Below, in pieces: positions 5,964 to 11,676 of a stretch of 11,676 nt of DNA (within the stretch, counting starts at the first letter, position 1; every line of letters begins with the position of its first letter). The notes under the pieces are model-generated. The model worked only from the letters and a program-made list of their open reading frames with translations, searched no databases and was not told the origin of the DNA. Source of the DNA: Promethearchaeia archaeon (GTDB lineage: Archaea; Asgardarchaeota; Lokiarchaeia; Sigyniarchaeales; SOKP01); contig JAWOFX010000185.1 in NCBI GenBank assembly GCA_046497275.1, positions 1 to 11,676 of the forward strand. The letters are read 5' to 3'. Position numbers and translations under genes: made by a program.

Positions 5964-8924
5964 TTATGAGAGAAGTAAATCAATCTTTTTGGTTAATCTC
6001 TTATGAAGATCAAAAGGTCCTTTGTAATGAATTATCAATCCAATTTCATCATGGGTATTACTAGCAAGATTTTTTTTTATATCTTTATCAATATGTAAAA
6101 GATATTTAAATTTAAAGTTATTTCCTGTTTTTAACTCAGAGACTTGAAAATATCTGGGAAAACTTTTATCTTTTAATATTTCAATATATTCTGGAATACG
6201 GAGAGTGATTTGCAAATCTTTAAAATCATAATTTGAAGGATTATTCAACCTTAGATTAATTTCCAATTGATTAATCATAGATTTAATATTTTTAAATACT
6301 TTAATTTCTTTAATATCACCTATATCTGATTGCAATTTAGCGGAATAAATTGAATCATCAATTATTTTGGCATCTAATTTCTTTTTATTAATGTATGTTA
6401 ATGTTCGTTCCTTTATTTGTGAATTGTTAAGTCCCATATAATTTGAGAGAAGATCAAAATTGATAGGATTCACAATTTTAAGATAATGGTTTATTTGTTT
6501 AAGATATAGTTTATCTCTACCTTTCTTGACGAATTTCTTTGACTTAAGAATTAATAACTCCTTAGAAGTGTTCCATTTCTCCATAAAAGGTTTAATATAT
6601 AAATCAAATCCATTTTGACCTTTCTTAAAAATTTCGTCCTTTTCTATGATACTTTCAATTTGTTGCTCCGTATCGTCGATAAAAGAATTAATCTGATTTG
6701 AATGAGTTTCAATAAGTTTCTTAGCTTCCTCAAATCCACCCTTTTTTATGAGTAAATCTAACTTTGACTCTAACTTATCAAAATTTTTATTAAATTTTTT
6801 GATCCCTTCAATTCCGTATGAAATAATTGATTGGATATGACCTTGAACGATTTGAAATGTTAATTCTTCACTTAATCCATCGATCTCATCATATTTTGTA
6901 ATTTGTTCTGATAAATCAACTGCAGATAAATCGCTTATTATCTTTTGTTTCATATCTTTAATTTCTCGATCTAAATTGTTTAAAAATATTTGAATTTCTA
7001 TTTTAACTGCCACCCAGCTGCTTAATAGTTCTTTAAATATGTCATCAAACTCAACATTATTGATCAACATTTCCCGGATATCTACATCTAATTTAAATAA
7101 ATTCCTTCGGAGAAGGGAAATGTAATTAAAATTCTCATGAAACGAGGATTCTGGATACCATTCTATATTTTCAATATTCTCTTTTTTGACGATATTCTCA
7201 TCTAATGATTTGCGCTTTATATAATCAAATTGGGCTTTAAGGATATCAATTCTGTCCATTAAAATATTTATTTTTATTTGAAGATTGGATTTATATTCTT
7301 GTTTTTTCTCCTCGCAAATATTTGATATAAATCCTTTTATAATACTTAACTCATCAATGATCTGAATCTTAGTTTCTTCCCATTCTTCAATTAAATCAAA
7401 AGCTAATCTTTTATATTCAAACCGATTTATTTCCTTATGAAATTCTTGAATATCTTTGATTATATCGTCATACATTTGGTTTAATTGTATTTCTGTAGTA
7501 GTAAATTTGAAACTCTTAATGTATGAATTAAGTTTCCGCCTGAATTCAACCGGAATCTTTTGAAATTCAAGAATTTTGTCCTCAAAATTAGAAAGTTGTT
7601 TGTTTATTTTCTCGATATATTCCTCAATATGAGGATATTTATCATTAATTTTCTCTAATGTGTAAATGATTTCCTTCCTAATTTCCAAGTCATTTTCTTG
7701 ATCTAATTTATTATTCAATTCAATAGTTATCCAAAGAGCCATTTTTCTACTTTCTAATATGAGACAAATATTTTGAAGAAGTTGTATAGTTTTTTTACGC
7801 TTTCTCCAATATTTTGATTCCAATTTATATACTATTCTTGTTATCTCATTCTCTATTTCAACTTGATATTCATCAAAGAGACGTCTAAAAACTAATTCAA
7901 TAGTCGCTCTAACATTTTCAGAAGGATTTTCTAATTCTTCAAATAAGTAAGGAAAAATAAAATCAATATGATTTTGAGATATTTGATAAAGAGCATTGCT
8001 CAAGGAATTTTTAAATATATTATCGCTTGATTCTGAAATAGAATGTATTAAATTGGCCCATATTTGTTCAAAATTATTTTTTGATATATTAATTAAAGCG
8101 TCAATTACTTTTACTTGAATTCGAAAGTTCTTATTTTTCAAAAATTTAATGATCTTGGGAATAAATGGAATTATTTCTGAAGATTTTTCTTTCCCAATTT
8201 CTCCAAAGAGCCAGAATACTAGTTCTTTCACCCTGGACTCTTCATTGTAAAGGAGATTTAACAAAATATAGAATATCTTTTCCTTTGAAAGAAAGTAATT
8301 TCCAAGAATCCTGAGAAGTTCAGCAGAAGCCCTTGCCACATCATCATCGTTATCTCTTAAATTGATAATAACCATAGATAATAATGGTTCAATTTCTTTA
8401 ATTTTGGTATAATCTTGATTTATAATGTCTATTGTAGTATTTATTACGGATAATTTTACTTTCCAATCATTATCCATTAATTTTTCGGTATATTCGTTTA
8501 GTATCTCTTGTAAAATTTGTGAATCTATATGAAGGGACAAAATTAGATTTCCAATAATCTTAACTGCCAGTCTTCGTACAGGTGGATCGCTATCGAATAA
8601 TCGAGATCTAATATCAGTTAAGTACTCTATTAATAAATTCGGTCTATATATTGCAATTTGATAGATAATCTCAAGAGCTATTAAACGAATCCAAGAATCT
8701 TGATCATTAATAAGAGGTGATACATTTTTAATTGCTTTTAGCGATATCTTTGGAGATTTATCGCAGATTATATTCAGAAGATTAAGACAGTTTAAAAGGA
8801 TTTCTTTATCATCACTGGATGAAAATACCTCTATCGCCTCAAATATCTCATCTGTGGCCTTATCATACTTTCCTTCTAAAATATATCCTTCAATGTCTTT
8901 AATATCCAAATTTAAAATCCGCAA
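5964..8924 (-). CDS. Large HEAT-repeat (alpha-solenoid) protein with helical middle, C-terminal winged-helix/PCI-like segment and beta-sandwich domain (986 aa)
   Basis: About 10 HEAT-like repeats in the first ~430 aa ('LINDQDSWIRLIALE', 'LFDSDPPVRRLAVK', 'LMDNDWKVK', 'LRDNDDDVARASAE', 'LENPSENVRAT'). The middle is charged and helical. The C-terminus has alternating beta-strand patterns ('LEINLRLNNPSNYDFKDLQITLRIP'). The start codon is TTG and uncertain; an in-frame TAA just upstream rules out a longer extension. Confidence 0.8.
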   Translation of the reverse strand: MRILNLDIKDIEGYILEGKYDKATDEIFEAIEVFSSSDDKEILLNCLNLLNIICDKSPKISLKAIKNVSPLINDQDSWIRLIALEIIYQIAIYRPNLLIEYLTDIRSRLFDSDPPVRRLAVKIIGNLILSLHIDSQILQEILNEYTEKLMDNDWKVKLSVINTTIDIINQDYTKIKEIEPLLSMVIINLRDNDDDVARASAELLRILGNYFLSKEKIFYILLNLLYNEESRVKELVFWLFGEIGKEKSSEIIPFIPKIIKFLKNKNFRIQVKVIDALINISKNNFEQIWANLIHSISESSDNIFKNSLSNALYQISQNHIDFIFPYLFEELENPSENVRATIELVFRRLFDEYQVEIENEITRIVYKLESKYWRKRKKTIQLLQNICLILESRKMALWITIELNNKLDQENDLEIRKEIIYTLEKINDKYPHIEEYIEKINKQLSNFEDKILEFQKIPVEFRRKLNSYIKSFKFTTTEIQLNQMYDDIIKDIQEFHKEINRFEYKRLAFDLIEEWEETKIQIIDELSIIKGFISNICEEKKQEYKSNLQIKINILMDRIDILKAQFDYIKRKSLDENIVKKENIENIEWYPESSFHENFNYISLLRRNLFKLDVDIREMLINNVEFDDIFKELLSSWVAVKIEIQIFLNNLDREIKDMKQKIISDLSAVDLSEQITKYDEIDGLSEELTFQIVQGHIQSIISYGIEGIKKFNKNFDKLESKLDLLIKKGGFEEAKKLIETHSNQINSFIDDTEQQIESIIEKDEIFKKGQNGFDLYIKPFMEKWNTSKELLILKSKKFVKKGRDKLYLKQINHYLKIVNPINFDLLSNYMGLNNSQIKERTLTYINKKKLDAKIIDDSIYSAKLQSDIGDIKEIKVFKNIKSMINQLEINLRLNNPSNYDFKDLQITLRIPEYIEILKDKSFPRYFQVSELKTGNNFKFKYLLHIDKDIKKNLASNTHDEIGLIIHYKGPFDLHKRLTKKIDLLLS

Positions 8925-9036
8925 GATCTGATAATGTTATAATGCTAGAATTTTTATCCTAATAATATAAAAATGCTTTAATAATTGTTTCTACTTGAAA
9001 GTGATAATCTGGTTTTAATTTCCAAAATTAGAGCTT

Positions 9037-9080
9037 AAAAACAAAAAGAAAAAGGTTTTCAAAAATGAAAAAAATAAAAT
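9037..9080 (-). terminator. Possible oligo-U terminator after the MaoC gene pair
   Basis: Several T5-T7 runs on the - strand directly after the TGA at 9083-9081. Confidence 0.4.
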
Positions 9081-9629
9081 TCATTTATTAAGTTCGATAA
9101 TAGCTGTCCCTTCAGTTGCCACTCGTTCTCGGTAAGTCAGAATTCCTCCATCAACGTCCTTGGTAAAGACCAGCCCCTTTTCATGATCCTTTTCTGTGAC
9201 ATATCCTCTCTCTCCCGCTTCGAATTGCTCAATAATATTAGCATCACTGTCCCGAATATCAACTGGAGTGATTGTTCTCTGGACAACATCCAAAAATACT
9301 TTATTCTTCTCTATTTTTTTAACAGTAGCTTCTGTAATTAAATTATCTCCACAACGTACCATACCGCGCATATCTACATCAATTTCAATTAGGGCTCCAT
9401 CTCTCTCACCATTCAGAAAGTCTTCAAATAATTTTGTAATAAAGCCAAAACTAAATAATCCATGAGCTATTACACCGCCCAAACCTTGCTTTTCTGCTAT
9501 ATCATCACGAGTATGGATTGGATTTGTGTCGCCGCTAGCCGACGCGTACATTTTAAGTAAATCCCGTGTGATTTGATCAAATTTATCTTTAATAACTTGA
9601 TCAACTTTTATATCAGTGATAGTTACCAT
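9081..9629 (-). CDS. MaoC-family (R)-specific enoyl-CoA hydratase/dehydratase, catalytic hot-dog subunit
   Basis: Hydratase-2 motif 'YASASGDTNPIH.....A...GLGGVIAHG' and 'MRGMVRCGDNL'. Confidence 0.87.
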   Translation of the reverse strand: MVTITDIKVDQVIKDKFDQITRDLLKMYASASGDTNPIHTRDDIAEKQGLGGVIAHGLFSFGFITKLFEDFLNGERDGALIEIDVDMRGMVRCGDNLITEATVKKIEKNKVFLDVVQRTITPVDIRDSDANIIEQFEAGERGYVTEKDHEKGLVFTKDVDGGILTYRERVATEGTAIIELNK

Positions 9630-9630
9630 C

Positions 9631-10131
9631 TTAATACCCTCCTGGTCTGACAGCCGCTCTTACTGTTGGCTTACAGACTAATTCTTTATTTTCATTCTTA
9701 ACCGTGACCAATAATTCAGCAAAAAGAATCATATTTTTTTCAATTAACCATACTTTTCCCCATTCAGCAGTTACAGTTAATTTGTCTCCGTCTCTGAGAT
9801 CTACGCAATCCTCCCAATTGTATTTTTGCCCTGCATGGAGCAATTTCCCAGGATCTAAAACAAATGTTCTAGTCTTACCATTTTGTTCTAATTTCATCCC
9901 TAAGAGTAATTTGTATAAAGCTTTAATTGTAAAATGATTAGCGAAAGCTTTACATGCAATAATACCATCCTCTTCTGGGCCAACATATTTAGGATCATCA
10001 ATTCCAAAAACATCAGCAAAGTTCACTAGATCGTTATATCTGCATCGTATTCTTACTTTCCCAGGGACCTTTTTTCCTGGTAACTCCTTGATTAAAAACT
10101 CTGCATTTTCTTTCATTTCTTTTTCGTCCAT
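9631..10131 (-). CDS. MaoC N-terminal-half / FAS1-like dehydratase hot-dog protein, likely partner subunit of 9081..9629
   Basis: 'FADVFGIDDPKY', 'LLHAGQKY.W...LRDGDKL' and 'KNENKELVC'. Lacks the D-x-N-P-I-H catalytic motif. Its stop is 1 nt from the next ATG, implying translational coupling. Confidence 0.75.
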   Translation of the reverse strand: MDEKEMKENAEFLIKELPGKKVPGKVRIRCRYNDLVNFADVFGIDDPKYVGPEEDGIIACKAFANHFTIKALYKLLLGMKLEQNGKTRTFVLDPGKLLHAGQKYNWEDCVDLRDGDKLTVTAEWGKVWLIEKNMILFAELLVTVKNENKELVCKPTVRAAVRPGGY

Positions 10132-10281
10132 TTTACTCTTGACACCTTTTAATGAAAAATTTTGGTTTTTTATTATTAACTATTTTTGCTTTTTTCATTA
10201 TTTAATGTTTTCATTTTTTCTATCATTATTTTTATCTTAATAGAATTTTTCATTATAAGCGAAAAAATTAATCATTGTTTT

Positions 10282-10301
10282 GGGAAAGAGATAAAGAAAA
10301 A
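10282..10301 (-). terminator. Possible pyrimidine/oligo-U terminator after mfnE
   Basis: The - strand reads TTTTTCTTTATCTCTTTCCC immediately after the TAA. Confidence 0.35.
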
Positions 10302-11048
10302 TTATTTAATCATTCTAGTGTATTTCTTTTTATTTTCTGAAGAAGAGGAAAAGTATTCCAAAATTCTATTTTTATCCCCAGAACCATTTAGAAAAACACA
10401 TTCTAACTTATAATTATCTATTAGCTCTAAGGAATACTGATCTATAGGTCTTGATAATTTAATATTTTCATCCGCTTCATTTAAATTTGCCAATAAATTA
10501 TTTTGCTTTAATTTTCTTAATTCTTGTGTAGTAATAGTTTTTATCAGGTTAAAGTTTTTATCCAATATTCCATCGACATCTTTAATCAAATAACAAACGT
10601 TTAATGAACATTTATTTGCAATATATAATGCAATTGAATCAGAAGTGACAGTCCAACTATGTGGTAATTCATCTTTATCTTTTAAATATTTAAATGGTTG
10701 GAAAATAATTATCTCTTCACTTTCCGAATTATCTTTTAAAGTTTTTTGAAGGCTTGAGAATTCTGATATTAAATTTGTGTTTCTAAATTTATTATGAATG
10801 TTAAAAGCATTCCAATTCATTGCCAAAATCGCTTCCCAGTGAGCTAGGTCATCTCCTAAATGCGATTTCTTATCAATGTAACGTATAAAATTCGCATAAC
10901 TGCCTCCACCAGGAATAATTATAACTTTTTTTATAATATTTTTCTTGAAAATTAACGTTTTAAATTGATTAATGGATGAGGTTAAATTATTCTCATGTTC
11001 TATTATTGCTCCTCCTAATTTCACTAAAATAATATCTTTAAAGCTCAT
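10302..11048 (-). CDS. mfnE: Amino-acid-kinase-family protein, MfnE-like [5-(aminomethyl)furan-3-yl]methyl phosphate kinase (methanofuran biosynthesis)
   Basis: 'VKLGGA', 'IIPGGGSYANFIR', 'AHWEAILAM', 'LPHSWTVTSDSIA' and 'IKDVDGI'. It overlaps mfnF by 11 nt. ATG 11048 is preferred over TTG 11057. Confidence 0.78.
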   Translation of the reverse strand: MSFKDIILVKLGGAIIEHENNLTSSINQFKTLIFKKNIIKKVIIIPGGGSYANFIRYIDKKSHLGDDLAHWEAILAMNWNAFNIHNKFRNTNLISEFSSLQKTLKDNSESEEIIIFQPFKYLKDKDELPHSWTVTSDSIALYIANKCSLNVCYLIKDVDGILDKNFNLIKTITTQELRKLKQNNLLANLNEADENIKLSRPIDQYSLELIDNYKLECVFLNGSGDKNRILEYFSSSSENKKKYTRMIK

Positions 11049-11676
11049 TTTTCTCAATTAAATGCCGATAATAGAATGCTCCCGCAACAGCATAAGCAGA
11101 AGAGCTAATATTATCTGGTATTTTAGTAATTTCTTCATATTTTTTAATAATGTTAAAATCTAAATCGTTTAGAACAGGTTTGATGAGGAAATCAGCTGAT
11201 AAGCCCGTAATAATAAATTTAAGATTATTATCAGTATCAGTATACTTTTTAAGATCGTGGATGTGTAAGAATTCTCTTATCTCTTCATGGATTAATTCTT
11301 TTTGTTTGTTATAAATGTAGATTGCAATTTTATCTAATTCTTTTCTTGAAATCATATTCAAATCAGCACATACCATTCGTGATAAACGTGCATAACAATC
11401 TTCAATGGATTTTGATCTATTATCTGCCGTGTCATTTATATATTTTCTTTCAGAAATATTGTGGAGAATTCGATGTACATCAGATATTAAGGCAAATTTT
11501 TCAAATGATAATCGTAAATTACTTCCTCTATAAGGAATATAATGAGTAATTGAAGGGATTGTAGCGCGCAAACCTCCAGTATATATAAGTTCATGATATT
11601 TTAATCTCTCAAGATCAGTTTTTCCTTTTGTATCAGGTAAGGATTTAAAAATTGGAATAAGATCAATAGTAGTAGA
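11038..11676 (-). CDS. mfnF: Hydantoinase-A/ASKHA-family MfnF-like methanofuran biosynthesis protein (H4MPT-linked C1 pathway), 5'-truncated by the window
   Basis: The frame is open to the window edge: STTIDLIPI...GKTDLERL..HELIYTGGLRAT...SFEKFALISDV...Y..DTADNR.KS...C.ARLSRMVCAD. The TTG at 11571 given in the ORF track is internal. Confidence 0.85.
   Translation of the reverse strand, partial: STTIDLIPIFKSLPDTKGKTDLERLKYHELIYTGGLRATIPSITHYIPYRGSNLRLSFEKFALISDVHRILHNISERKYINDTADNRSKSIEDCYARLSRMVCADLNMISRKELDKIAIYIYNKQKELIHEEIREFLHIHDLKKYTDTDNNLKFIITGLSADFLIKPVLNDLDFNIIKKYEEITKIPDNISSSAYAVAGAFYYRHLIEKNEL

Noticed and set aside
9196-11549. + strand ORFs 9196..9465, 9704..9937, 10186..10413 and 11322..11549
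   Set aside because: Antisense shadows of the MaoC, mfnE and mfnF genes, or low-complexity AT-rich intergenic translation (F/I/L-rich).
1-11676. tRNA-Sec, other tRNA/rRNA, CRISPR arrays, IS elements
   Set aside because: No cloverleaf-like GC-rich segment, regularly spaced repeats, transposase ORF or terminal inverted repeats were seen by eye.

Overview
Low-GC (roughly 30% by eye) archaeal window. It is most consistent with an Asgard/Lokiarchaeia-type genome; this is inferred from the methanofuran genes, a Sec-encoding selD with a 3'-UTR SECIS of eukaryote-like shape, and a giant HEAT protein. The ORF track truncates selD. The real gene starts at 1441 (- strand) and reads through an in-frame UGA at 1390-1388 in the active-site motif G-U-S-C-K. 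A SECIS-like stem-loop directly follows its stop codon. Upstream on the same strand is a cluster of chalcogen (Se/S) trafficking genes: a YedE/YeeE transporter split into two half-genes, a CPYC-type TusA/YedF carrier, a single-chain DsrH-DsrE-DsrF (TusB-D-C)-like fusion, a degenerate TusA-like protein and a CxxC orphan. A divergently transcribed DsrE + TusA pair shares an upstream promoter motif with this cluster. Together these look like a candidate selenium uptake-and-relay system feeding selenophosphate synthetase. The rest of the window holds a 986-aa HEAT-solenoid protein with a C-terminal winged-helix-like segment and a beta-sandwich, a two-gene hot-dog (MaoC) dehydratase pair, mfnE and partial mfnF (methanofuran synthesis), and the 3' end of a CinA-like gene. 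All family assignments come from motif recognition, not database searches.
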